Notes under the pieces: generated by a model
What the model was told of the DNA's origin: nothing
Seen by the model: only the letters and a program-made list of their open reading frames with translations
The model's database searches: none
Program-made: the position numbers and the translations under genes
NCBI RefSeq assembly: GCF_020969955.1
Contig: NZ_JAHDSX010000003.1
Location: 1-32,000, forward strand
DNA length: 32,000 nt
Direction of reading: 5' to 3'
Source: Allobaculum fili
GTDB taxonomy: Bacteria; Bacillota_I; Bacilli_A; Erysipelotrichales; Erysipelotrichaceae
Shown here: in pieces, positions 20,781 through 29,585 of the stretch
How the letters are laid out: each line of letters begins with the position of its first letter
Numbering within the stretch: position 1 is the stretch's first letter

Positions 20781-22223
20781 TTACTCCGTAAATTTGTCGT
20801 AGAAGGCCATTTTCTCGAGTGCAGACGTATCCGCAATCGGGTTGTCTTCCAGACGCAGGGCCTGCAGCAGAGGCAGATCCTTGAGCGGGCTGACATCGCT
20901 GATGTAGTTGGCTTTCAGCGTCAGCTGGCGCAGGAACTTCAGGTTGGAAAGCGGTGAGAGATCGCGGATCATGTTGTGATCGAGACGCAGATACGAAATG
21001 AACGTCAGATCGGCCAGCGGGCGCAGATCGGAGATGTTGTTGTTGTAAAGGTCGACATCGCACAGTTCGCTCAGACCTTCCAGCGGAGACAGGTCGGAAA
21101 TATTGTTGTTTTCGAGCGAAAGGATTTTCAGATTGTGCATGTCTCGCAGGCACTCGATGCTGCGGATCTGGTTTCTTCCCACGTTCAGATCCACCAGTTC
21201 GGTATCGTCGCGCAGACAGTCGATGCTTGTGATGCGGTTGGTGAACAGATCGAGGACTTCGAGTTCCTTGGCTTTCGCGAGGAAATCGACATGATCGAGC
21301 AGACAGAACTCGGCATGGAGCACTTTGAGGTGTTCGACATTCGTAAATTCGTCGACGTGCTCGAGTTCGTTTTTGGACAGGTTGAGAACCTGGAGTTCCT
21401 TAATATGATTCAGCTCGCGCATATCCGTAAAGCCGGTCTGTTCCATGGAAAGCACGCGCAGATGTTTCAGCTTGGCCAGGAAAGAAAAGTCATTTGGATT
21501 GTTGTAGTCGAGGTTGAGAATTTCCAGCGACGGGAAATCCTTCAGCGGATCGTAGTCTTTCAAATACGGGTTATTGGAAACATCGAGTTTCTTGAGGTGT
21601 TCCATCGCCGAGAGCGAAGAAATATCCGATACCAGGTTGGTGGACAGATTCAGTTCTTCAATGTGGCGAAGGAAAGACAGATCTTCAATATAGTAGCGGC
21701 GCATGCCCGACATATCGAGACGGACAAGTTCCGGAAGCATGCCCAGAACCGAATAGTTGAACGGTCCGTTTTCGGTATTGATCCGGATTTCCTTGAGGTG
21801 CTTGCAGCTTTCTACATAATCGAGCGAGTCGATTTTGGCTCGTCTCAGATTGAGGATTTCCAGGTTGATCATGCTTCCAACCGCGGAAATATCCATAACG
21901 TACAGATTATTACGGGACAGGTTGAGTCGTTTGATCTGGTAATGGGCGTTAAGCGGTTCAATGTCACGCAGCCGGTTTCCGCACAGATTGACGTCCACCA
22001 GGCTCGACAGAGGACGAAGCGCTTCAATGCTCGTCAGTGCATTGTTGGACAGATTGATCTTTTCGAGATTTTCGGCATACTGCAGACCTTCGATCGTATC
22101 AATATCGCGATCGGAGGCGTCGAGCGAAATCAGTTCCTTAAGATCTTCTTTCTGCAGCGTCTCGGGGGTTTTGTGGAGAGTGCCGGCAATCACTTCCGCT
22201 AAAGCTTCATTGCGAATAAACAT
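20781..22223 (-). CDS. Leucine-rich-repeat protein (about 20 internalin-type 22-residue LRRs) with no signal peptide or anchor
   Basis: 480 aa with GGAGGG SD. Repeats of the form LxxLxxLxLxxNxIxDIxxL run through almost the whole protein. The N-terminus MFIRNEALAEVIAGTLHKTPE is hydrophilic. No TM segment, LPXTG or wall-binding repeat. Confidence 0.8.
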   Translation of the reverse strand: MFIRNEALAEVIAGTLHKTPETLQKEDLKELISLDASDRDIDTIEGLQYAENLEKINLSNNALTSIEALRPLSSLVDVNLCGNRLRDIEPLNAHYQIKRLNLSRNNLYVMDISAVGSMINLEILNLRRAKIDSLDYVESCKHLKEIRINTENGPFNYSVLGMLPELVRLDMSGMRRYYIEDLSFLRHIEELNLSTNLVSDISSLSAMEHLKKLDVSNNPYLKDYDPLKDFPSLEILNLDYNNPNDFSFLAKLKHLRVLSMEQTGFTDMRELNHIKELQVLNLSKNELEHVDEFTNVEHLKVLHAEFCLLDHVDFLAKAKELEVLDLFTNRITSIDCLRDDTELVDLNVGRNQIRSIECLRDMHNLKILSLENNNISDLSPLEGLSELCDVDLYNNNISDLRPLADLTFISYLRLDHNMIRDLSPLSNLKFLRQLTLKANYISDVSPLKDLPLLQALRLEDNPIADTSALEKMAFYDKFTE

Positions 22224-22258
22224 GTTTTTCCCTCCAATTCGATGGCTTGATTTCCTTT

Positions 22259-22266
22259 ATTATACA
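22259..22266 (-). promoter_or_regulatory. Candidate extended -10 promoter element of the LRR gene
   Basis: Minus strand reads TGTATAAT about 35 nt upstream of the ATG. No good -35 element. Confidence 0.3.
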
Positions 22267-22448
22267 TGATCCACCACACGGGATGATTTCAATCCGGGCG
22301 ATTTAGCATTTCCCAGCAGCCGTACAGAAGACCCTTGCATTGCCCCTTTTCCAATCTTCTTTTCTGCGCAGAAAAACTGTTCCTGAAAGACTGGTTTTTT
22401 CTTATTTCCCCGTTTTTACCCGTTCTGATTTTTCCGTCCTGAAACTGC

Positions 22449-22495
22449 AAAAAAGCCATGAAACTTCGATCGTGTTTTCGACCGGTTCCATGGCT
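22449..22495 (-). terminator. Candidate terminator after the GH5 gene
   Basis: Minus strand: 7-bp stem AGCCATG / CATGGCT with a 28-nt loop, followed by TTTTTT. Confidence 0.45.
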
Positions 22496-22516
22496 TCTGT
22501 ATGTTTATTGTTTATT

Positions 22517-24400
22517 TCAGCTGGTCCAGAGCTGACTGGATCGCAGGATTATTCCGATGCCGCCAATGCTCTGTCCAGCGCCAATCGACGCGTTGTAGCT
22601 TTCGTTTTGCACTATGAGCGTACGGCCGTTCTGGCTGAATACGGCGTTCCAGCCGCTCTGCACACGGAAATCCTGATTCAATGGAATTTCCGCTTTCCAG
22701 CCGTTTACATCGTGATTTTCCTTGTTAGTCAGCGTCAGTTCATACTGTACGTAGTATTCCCCGTTTTCTGACCAGCTGTTTATCGTTTTCAGGGACCAGT
22801 TTAAAAAGCCGCTCTGTCCGGAAGACGGAGTATCCGGTTTTGGCAGATCCGGCTCAACGGGATCCGAAGGCTGCGGCAGTCCTGGATTTGGATTGGGCAG
22901 ATGCGCTGGATAATGATGCGTATACGTCTCATAAAACCATTCTCCGGATGGGGTCAGGTCAGACAGCGAGAGGGATGTCGTCGTTCCGGGCTTGAACAGC
23001 GCGGACGTTTCGTTCTTATCGCTTAACGCCCAGCCGACGCGGCTGATTCCGTATTCATTCAGCAAAGCGATCCATGCATTTCCAGAGGCCGGATCGATCG
23101 TTCCGTTGCCGTCCGCCGAAGAAATTCCAAATTCCGTTACGAATACCGGCAGGCCCAGCGCATGCGCCGTTTTCAGCTTATCCCGGATCGGCTCCTTATG
23201 CGTCGCTGCATAAAAGTGCTGCGTATACATGATGTTCGAATAGCCCTGAAGCGGATCGCGGGCGGCAACGTCTACATCCTGAGACCAGGTCGGCGTACCG
23301 ACAAGAATGACCGCGTCGGGATCGTGCCGGCGAATGATCGGAATGATCGTATTGGCATAGGCCTTTACGGAAGCCCAGTCCGTCCCGTTCGGTTCGTTGC
23401 AGATTTCATACAGAACGTGCTTCTCGCTGGCGTATTTAGCGGACATTTCATCAAAGAAGACTTTTGCCTGATCGATATGCTGGTTGGGGTTGCCGTCGGA
23501 CAAAATATGCCAGTCGATAATGACATACTGCCCCGTGGCTTTGGCCGCCTTCACGCCGCGATCGATGATCGCCTTCAGTTCGGTCTGGTTTCCACCGGAG
23601 CAGTAACCGCCGTATTCCTGGGTGTACAGCGCCAGCCGGATCACTCGGCTGTTCATCTGGGTATACAGAAAGCGGAATACATTTTCATTTACGTACTGCG
23701 GCATGTAGTTCAGTCCGAACGTACTGAATCCCTGCAGAACGACTTCCTGATTGTTCTCATCGAGAAGCTTCGTTCCCGAAACGTGGAGCGCTTTTAAGGA
23801 GCGATCGACCGGCACGCCTTCCTTCTCCGCATACCAGGCAATTCCTTCCGCCTTCCAGCCAAAGCGGACCAGAGCCTGATCTTCCTGCCGGCTTGTGGTG
23901 AAATTGTGCACACCGCTTTTCGCGTTCGGATTGTATTCGCGATAGACCGGCACGCGTTTCTGGGTATCGGAATACCAGCCGATCTTTTCGTATCGCCAGC
24001 CGAGCTGAACCAAAGCATCCCGTTCGTGAAGATTGAGCGTGTAATGGTGATCGCCCGCATTCGGGTTATACAGACGATACACCGGCTCTCCGCTCTGCGG
24101 AGCAAACCAGCCGATTCCCTCGTACTGCCAGCCATATGAGATCAGCGCGTTCTTTTCATGAAGATCCGCCGTATAAAAATGTTCTGAAGAGTTTGGATTA
24201 TACAGCCGGTACATTTGTGTACTTGAGTCTGTTGCATCCTCCTCTGTCCCTTGGGACTGAGTCTGCTCATCCAAAGACCTGTCGAAAGAGTCCGTATTGG
24301 CCCAGACCGGCAGTGAGGACAAGGAAAGTACGATCGACGAAGCAAGAAGAATTTCAAAGGTTCGATCGATCGATTTCAGCAAACGATTTGTTTTTTTCAT
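22517..24400 (-). CDS. Secreted GH5 endoglucanase-type glycoside hydrolase with an N-terminal triple YNPN/GW repeat module and a C-terminal CBM2-like domain
   Basis: 627 aa from MKKTNRLLKS, with a signal peptide ending VWA-NT. GH5 signatures VIIDWHILSD, YEICNEPNG (acid/base Glu) and VFVTEFG (nucleophile Glu). Pro-rich linker. C-terminal W-rich domain (NWSLKTINSW...GWNAVF...NESYNASIGAGQSIGGIGI). Confidence 0.8.
   Translation of the reverse strand: MKKTNRLLKSIDRTFEILLASSIVLSLSSLPVWANTDSFDRSLDEQTQSQGTEEDATDSSTQMYRLYNPNSSEHFYTADLHEKNALISYGWQYEGIGWFAPQSGEPVYRLYNPNAGDHHYTLNLHERDALVQLGWRYEKIGWYSDTQKRVPVYREYNPNAKSGVHNFTTSRQEDQALVRFGWKAEGIAWYAEKEGVPVDRSLKALHVSGTKLLDENNQEVVLQGFSTFGLNYMPQYVNENVFRFLYTQMNSRVIRLALYTQEYGGYCSGGNQTELKAIIDRGVKAAKATGQYVIIDWHILSDGNPNQHIDQAKVFFDEMSAKYASEKHVLYEICNEPNGTDWASVKAYANTIIPIIRRHDPDAVILVGTPTWSQDVDVAARDPLQGYSNIMYTQHFYAATHKEPIRDKLKTAHALGLPVFVTEFGISSADGNGTIDPASGNAWIALLNEYGISRVGWALSDKNETSALFKPGTTTSLSLSDLTPSGEWFYETYTHHYPAHLPNPNPGLPQPSDPVEPDLPKPDTPSSGQSGFLNWSLKTINSWSENGEYYVQYELTLTNKENHDVNGWKAEIPLNQDFRVQSGWNAVFSQNGRTLIVQNESYNASIGAGQSIGGIGIILRSSQLWTS
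23825..24214 (-). repeat. Copy B of the dispersed ~390-bp triple-repeat module (paralogous to 7742-8137)
   Basis: Same orientation as copy A and sharing nucleotide runs of 15-27 nt. Here it encodes the N-terminal module, whereas in copy A it is C-terminal. Confidence 0.8.
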
Positions 24401-24720
24401 GCTTCCATTATATCGAGGCGGCTGAAAACACCCTTTCGCCACGCTGAGACAATTCCGTGCCCGATCAAAAAGACACGCCTTCCTTCAGCGCTGAAAACAG
24501 AGGAAAGCTCACGCGGTTTTATCGCCAGCCGCATGGAAAAACCTTTGCCTTTTCACAGCGGATTTTAAACGTTTTCTCTACACTCAAGCGGCCCTGCGAA
24601 AGGCAGTGAAAGTTTTTTGAAAGCATGCCCCATAGATATATGATCTTTATATAAAGTATATTTGTATTTTTTTACATTGTTAAATGACATATTTCGTGTT
24701 TGTTGAAAACAGAAACCTGC

Positions 24721-24750
24721 TTGACCTTTTTTATCCAAAGTCTATATAAT
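24721..24750 (+). promoter_or_regulatory. Sigma-A promoter of the cold-shock gene, with a long 5' UTR
   Basis: TTGACC (24721-24726), then TATATAAT (TATAAT at 24745-24750, spacer 18). AT-rich upstream region. About 125-nt leader before GGGAGG SD. Confidence 0.55.
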
Positions 24751-24882
24751 TGCTGATGTAAAGGATAGATTTCATACTGATTTTTAGAAACTGGATATTC
24801 GCAGCTTTTTCGTTTTCCAGGTTCGCATTAAAAGCTCTCTTTTTAATAATAAAATCTTCCAATCTATTCCGGGAGGTAAAAC

Positions 24883-25089
24883 ATGAACACTGGAAAAGTG
24901 AAATGGTTCAACGCCGAAAAGGGTTACGGATTCATCACTGGTGAAGATGGAAAAGACGTATTCGTACACTACTCTTCCATCAACCAGAAAGGCTACCGTT
25001 CCCTCGAGGAAGGCCAGACTGTTACCTACGACATCGTTGAAGGCGATCGTGGAAAACAGGCAGCTAACGTGACACCTGTTGCTGAATAA
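24883..25089 (+). CDS. Cold-shock protein, CspA family
   Basis: 68 aa with RNP1 KGYGFI and RNP2 VFVHY. Confidence 0.95.
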   Translation: MNTGKVKWFNAEKGYGFITGEDGKDVFVHYSSINQKGYRSLEEGQTVTYDIVEGDRGKQAANVTPVAE

Positions 25090-25115
25090 TCACAACCGAA
25101 AAATGAAAAAAAATT

Positions 25116-25138
25116 GAGCGCATCCGCGCTCTTTTTTT
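25116..25138 (+). terminator. Intrinsic terminator after csp
   Basis: GAGCGC-ATCC-GCGCTC followed by TTTTTTT. Confidence 0.85.
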
Positions 25139-25143
25139 CGTTC

Positions 25144-25183
25144 AAAAAGGGAGAGTTATCGACGCTGAGTCGACAGCTCTCCC
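25144..25183 (-). terminator. Compound terminator after the orphan 355-aa gene
   Basis: Minus strand: GGGAGAG ... CTCTCCC outer stem with inner TCGAC / GTCGA hairpin, followed by TTTTT. Confidence 0.6.
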
Positions 25184-25242
25184 TTGTGTTTTCTATTGTT
25201 GTCCAGTGTTTTTACATTTGAATTGAGCGGTCCGCTGGTCCG

Positions 25243-26310
25243 TTAGGCTTCCTGTCCAAAGCTGCGGTAATGCAGATCCACTTTGCTTTTGAGCTGCTGC
25301 TGGATCTGCGCAAATGCCTTCTGGAACATCGGCTCATCGTAAAGAATCAGATCAATATACGAATAGGACTTGCCGATGGCTCCGCCGATCACCTTGGCGC
25401 AGTGAAGCGGCGCCAGAATATTTTCGATCTGAGTCGAAAGGGCCTGCCGGAACGACGCGTCTTCCTTAGCGTCGAACAGGTTGGCGTAATAAATGTAGCC
25501 GTACTCCCCTTCTCTGGATTTAATATCAAGCGAAACATCGCTCTTATTTCCCAGCGATTCTTCGATCAGCGAAGGATGGGTGGTGAAAATAATCTTCATA
25601 TCCTTGCGCAGCGAATCGCTCGCAAAATCTTCGTGCGGTTTGAAGACGGTATAAATATCGGTCGGATGTTCATACTGCGGCCATTTCCGTTTTTCCGCTG
25701 TGTCGAGAATGACTTCATACAGCTCCGTCAGATTGCAGAAATCGACGCCGTTTTCCGGCTCGTCGACATAGTCTACGATCCCGACATACGCCTCAAGTTC
25801 TTTCTCGCCAATGGCCAGTTCCACCAGATAGATCGACATTTCCCGCTTGTATTCGGTATTGTCGACCAGCGAGAAGCCAGGGCAGTACACTTTGCAGACA
25901 AAAGAATGGTTTTTCTCATCGATCTGATAAAAGACCGTCATGTCAAAAAGCGAATAGCGTTCCTCCTTAATCTGCAAAGAGGCTTCGATCGCCTTTTGCG
26001 AGAGCGGCGGCAGCGTGTCGTTGATGATCCAGGTTTTCTTTACGGACTCTGGTGCAAGTTCCTTCATTTTTTCGCAGATCAGCTGCGTCGTTTTATCCGG
26101 ACCGGTATCAAAGGTCATTTCCGGCTCTTCCGCACGATCTTCTACAAAGAAATGCGCGCCGCTGATTTCATAGGACAGCGAATTCAGCGTATCGAGAATT
26201 TCCGAAAGCTGATCATAGTTTTTTTCCTGCAATGCCTTCAGAAGCGCTGGTTCTTCATCACAGAACCGTGCCCAGAACGCATGAATTTGATCAAGTACAC
26301 TCATGTTCAT
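25243..26310 (-). CDS. Hypothetical cytoplasmic protein, family not recognised
   Basis: 355 aa from MNMSVLDQIHAFWARF, acidic and globular, with no TM segment or signal peptide. The longer ORF from 26457 has no SD. Its natural amino-acid composition contrasts with the R/F/L-rich antisense ORF. Confidence 0.6.
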   Translation of the reverse strand: MNMSVLDQIHAFWARFCDEEPALLKALQEKNYDQLSEILDTLNSLSYEISGAHFFVEDRAEEPEMTFDTGPDKTTQLICEKMKELAPESVKKTWIINDTLPPLSQKAIEASLQIKEERYSLFDMTVFYQIDEKNHSFVCKVYCPGFSLVDNTEYKREMSIYLVELAIGEKELEAYVGIVDYVDEPENGVDFCNLTELYEVILDTAEKRKWPQYEHPTDIYTVFKPHEDFASDSLRKDMKIIFTTHPSLIEESLGNKSDVSLDIKSREGEYGYIYYANLFDAKEDASFRQALSTQIENILAPLHCAKVIGGAIGKSYSYIDLILYDEPMFQKAFAQIQQQLKSKVDLHYRSFGQEA

Positions 26311-26476
26311 TCTTCTTTCCAGTTCACTTGGCCAGACCGGACTTTTGTCCAGTCTTCCTTTCCAGCATATTTCACGCCGGTCTGTTTGAACGCTCGTTTG
26401 CCCGTCACAGGTTGGACAATGCGCTCGAGCAGAATCCGTGAAATTCTTTTTTCGCATTTATCGCGTTGATCGAGAA

Positions 26477-27127
26477 TCATTTCGAATCGGCAAAAATCGT
26501 ATGAAATTTCTCTTCCAGAGCTTTGGCAAGTCGCAGATGCCCGCTGGCATCGAGATGAATGCCGTCATAGCCGCCTCCATACAGACCGATCTCACTGCTG
26601 ATCAACGTATAAAAGCAGATTTCTTCTCCCGCTTTCTGGATCTCGCTCTGGGCCTGTTCGAGAATGCGCTGACCGCTTTGCGAAAAGGTCGAAAGCATTT
26701 CCCTGTCAATCGCCTCTGCATTTAACAAAGGCGGACTCACCAGCAGCCCCGGCGTATGCGGACACAGAGTTCTCGCCGCGTTTAAGGCGTTTAAAAACGC
26801 ATCGAGATTCGCTTTCCAGACGCGGATGGAGGGTGAATACATCCGTCTGGCGTCGTTGCTTCCTAAAGCGATCACAATCAGATCGAGCGGGAGATTTCGT
26901 TCAATCGCTTTTCGTATCGAGGCGGATCCGGATTCAGGACCCAAATAGCCCGGCCCATCGAGCACCCGGCCATTCATGCCTTCTTCCAGAATTTCATATT
27001 CGGGACAGTCGCTTCGAAGGCGCTCCACAAAGCGGTCATGCCGCTGATCCTCGGTCTGCGGATCCCAGCCCCACGTATTGGAATCCCCGAAAATCAGGAT
27101 CCGTTTCCTGTTTTTGCGGTCTGCCAT
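26477..27127 (-). CDS. SGNH/GDSL-family hydrolase
   Basis: 216 aa from MADRKNRKRILIFGDSNTWGW (block I GDS), with GGAGAAG SD. Also GSND and DGIHLD (block V DxxH). Confidence 0.8.
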   Translation of the reverse strand: MADRKNRKRILIFGDSNTWGWDPQTEDQRHDRFVERLRSDCPEYEILEEGMNGRVLDGPGYLGPESGSASIRKAIERNLPLDLIVIALGSNDARRMYSPSIRVWKANLDAFLNALNAARTLCPHTPGLLVSPPLLNAEAIDREMLSTFSQSGQRILEQAQSEIQKAGEEICFYTLISSEIGLYGGGYDGIHLDASGHLRLAKALEEKFHTIFADSK

Positions 27128-27197
27128 ACAGTGCTTCTCCTTTCTTCCAAACGCATCTAAACGCATTTGTACAAAACAAACTGGCGGTCTGACGGAT

Positions 27198-27710
27198 TTA
27201 TTGGCCGTTTCGATCGTAGTGCAGCGTTCGTGTCGGCGTGATGATCCAGTCCAGCCGCTGATCCCAGGATTCGGGCTCAAACTGACCTTCCTGCTCATCG
27301 AAGGCAATTCCGATGCGCAGGCATTCGGGATGCTTTTCCAGATAGCGATCGTAATAGCCGCCGCCATATCCGATCCGGTATCCATCGCAGAATACGAGTA
27401 AAGGAATGACAAGAACGTCCGGGACAATTTCCTCATCGGAAACGGGTTCCGGGATGCCAAACCCGCCGGGTTTTAAAATTGTGGAATCGTAAAAAGCCAT
27501 CTTCGTCTTATCGAGTACGCGCGGCAGGACAAAGGTCCAGCCCGGATCCCGCAGCGAGAAAATGTCCGCTTCCTGGCGTACTGGATAAAAATACCCGATG
27601 CACGAAGAGGCTTTTAAAAAAGGCAGAATCCGCCTCGCAATCTGTTCGTTTTTCAGATCGCGCGACGAAATCTGCTTTCTTTTCTCTATCCATTCGGATC
27701 GGTCGATCAT
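27198..27710 (-). CDS. 5-formyltetrahydrofolate cyclo-ligase
   Basis: 170 aa with the signature RIGYGGGYYDR. The start lies 8 nt after the sufB stop. Confidence 0.8.
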   Translation of the reverse strand: MIDRSEWIEKRKQISSRDLKNEQIARRILPFLKASSCIGYFYPVRQEADIFSLRDPGWTFVLPRVLDKTKMAFYDSTILKPGGFGIPEPVSDEEIVPDVLVIPLLVFCDGYRIGYGGGYYDRYLEKHPECLRIGIAFDEQEGQFEPESWDQRLDWIITPTRTLHYDRNGQ

Positions 27711-27718
27711 CGTAAAAT

Positions 27719-29134
27719 CTAGCCAATCGAATCGGACATATCCAGTTTGAGAAGCTGGTTGAGCTCAACCGCATATTCCATCGGCAGCTCGCGGGTAAAG
27801 GGTTCCAGGAATCCCATGACGATCATTTCCGTCGCCTTGGCTCTCGAAAGGCCGCGGCTCATCAAATAGAACAGCTGTTCTTCGGAAATGTTAGAAACCG
27901 TTGCTTCGTGTTCGATCTGGGAAGTCTGATTGAGCTGACGGTTCAGCGGGATGGTATCGGAACGGGAAATCTTATCGAGAATGAGCGTATCGCACTCGAC
28001 TTTGGATTTCGCATAGTCGGCTTTCTTTCCATGAACGACCCAGCCGCGGTAGTTCACTTCCCCGCCGCTGCGGGCTACGGACTTGGAAATAATGGTAGAC
28101 GACGTATGCGGCGCGAGATGAATCATTTTCGCACCGGCATCCTGAATCTGCTCCTTGCCGGCGACGGCGATCGAAATCGTCGTGCCTTTCGCGTACGGTT
28201 CCACGAGTACGCAGGACGGATATTTCATGTTCAGATGCGAACCGATGTTTCCGTCAATCCATTCCATATGACCGTTTTCACGCACCTCGGCACGCTTGGT
28301 TACGAGGTTGATGATGTTGGTCGACCAGTTCTGTACAGTCGAGTAGCGGCATTTGGCGTTTTTGTGTACGTAAATTTCAACAACGGCCGCATGCAGAGAA
28401 TCCTTGGAATAAATCGGGGCCGTGCAGCCTTCCACGTAATGCACATCCGCCCCTTCATCGACGATGATGAGGGTCCGTTCAAACTGACCGGAAGCCTGCG
28501 AGTTAATGCGGAAGTAGGACTGCAGAGGCTTTTCGAGCTTTACGCCTTTTGGCACGTAAATGAAGCTGCCGCCCGACCATACCGCGGTGTTCAGCGCCGC
28601 GTACTTGTTATCGGAATACGGAATAATTTTTCCAAAGTATTTTTTGAACAGATCCGGATGTTCGCGAAGCGCGGAATCGGTATCGAGGAAGATAACTCCC
28701 TTTTCCTGTACTTCTTCGAGCATGTTGTGGTACACAACTTCGGATTCATACTGGGTGGAAACGCCGGCCAGATATTTCTGTTCGGCTTCTGGGATACCGA
28801 GTTTTTCAAACGTATCGCGGATCGTTTCCGGAACTTCGTCCCAGCTCTGTTCCTGCCGTTCGCTCGGTTTGATGTAGTAGGTGAACTCATCAAAATCGAT
28901 ATGGCTCAGATCCGGACCCCAGTCCGGGTTTTTCATTTTTTCAAAGCAGTGGTAGGCATCCAGACGCCGCTGCAGCATCCATTCCGGCTCTTTTTTGATC
29001 GCCGAAATTTCACGGATGACTTCTTCGTTCAGTCCTTTGCCTGTGTTGAATACCGACGTGTCCCTGTCGTGAAAACCGTATTTGTAGTCGGTATCCTGGA
29101 GCGCCTGCACTTCTTCTTTTTTCAGATCGCTCAT
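27719..29134 (-). CDS. sufB: Fe-S cluster assembly protein SufB
   Basis: 471 aa with full-length SufB-like sequence. ATGA overlap with the sufU stop. Confidence 0.9.
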   Translation of the reverse strand: MSDLKKEEVQALQDTDYKYGFHDRDTSVFNTGKGLNEEVIREISAIKKEPEWMLQRRLDAYHCFEKMKNPDWGPDLSHIDFDEFTYYIKPSERQEQSWDEVPETIRDTFEKLGIPEAEQKYLAGVSTQYESEVVYHNMLEEVQEKGVIFLDTDSALREHPDLFKKYFGKIIPYSDNKYAALNTAVWSGGSFIYVPKGVKLEKPLQSYFRINSQASGQFERTLIIVDEGADVHYVEGCTAPIYSKDSLHAAVVEIYVHKNAKCRYSTVQNWSTNIINLVTKRAEVRENGHMEWIDGNIGSHLNMKYPSCVLVEPYAKGTTISIAVAGKEQIQDAGAKMIHLAPHTSSTIISKSVARSGGEVNYRGWVVHGKKADYAKSKVECDTLILDKISRSDTIPLNRQLNQTSQIEHEATVSNISEEQLFYLMSRGLSRAKATEMIVMGFLEPFTRELPMEYAVELNQLLKLDMSDSIG

Positions 29135-29568
29135 TTGCCGGCCTCCTCTTCATCAATCATTTCCTGCACCGCCTTCCAGCCGATGGTTGCGCATCCGATC
29201 CGGTTTGGCTGCTTCGAAACGCCCTCAAAAACGACGGCTTCATCGAGCACCTGCGGATCGTAGGGCTTGCCCTGAATCATCTGGTTGTAGTTGTTGATGA
29301 TGTTCTGGGCTTCCTCAATCGTCTTGCCTTTGAGCAGTTCGGTCAGAATGGAAGTAGACGCGGTAGAAATCGCACAGGCTTTTCCGTCAAAGCGGACGTC
29401 TTCAATTTTTCCGTCCTTGAACTTGGCCTGCACGGTAATATCGTCAATACACGAATCGCTGGCCATGTGGCGGGAATGGTAATCCGCCTCATCGGAAAGC
29501 GATTTGTTATGGGGATAGCTGTAGTTGTCCAGGATAATATCCCGGTAGTAAGAAGGATCAATCGACAT
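29131..29568 (-). CDS. sufU: SUF-system sulfur-transfer/scaffold protein SufU
   Basis: 145 aa from [10 protein letters not shown]. Three conserved Cys contexts ([22 protein letters not shown]). Confidence 0.85.
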   Translation of the reverse strand: MSIDPSYYRDIILDNYSYPHNKSLSDEADYHSRHMASDSCIDDITVQAKFKDGKIEDVRFDGKACAISTASTSILTELLKGKTIEEAQNIINNYNQMIQGKPYDPQVLDEAVVFEGVSKQPNRIGCATIGWKAVQEMIDEEEAGK

Positions 29569-29585
29569 CGTAAATTCCGCCTTTC

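Noticed and set aside
20976-22202. 408-aa ORF antisense to the LRR gene.
   Set aside because: It is kept open by the periodic codon pattern of the LRR repeats. The product is low-complexity (I/V/F/Q/E-rich), with no SD. The sense strand has a canonical LRR consensus, SD, promoter and terminator.
26311-26457. N-terminal extension of the orphan protein carrying HCPTCDG (possible zinc ribbon). Similar upstream extensions appear in the ORF track for thrC (to 3988), hom (from 3961), the CHAP gene (TTG 9520), yitJ (from 15408), anti-sigma (from 18966), GH5 (GTG 24442), SGNH (to 27460), sufU (to 29607) and sufS (to 30914).
   Set aside because: The internal ATGs are preceded by good SDs and/or fit start/stop coupling with the upstream gene. 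The extensions overlap neighbouring genes or lack an SD.
25270-26469. 399-aa ORF fully antisense to the orphan 355-aa gene. I considered that the plus-strand ORF might be the real one.
   Set aside because: The plus-strand product is R/F/L-rich and lacks an SD. It would also run head-on into the csp terminator region. The minus-strand product has a natural, acidic globular composition and a downstream terminator at 25144-25183.
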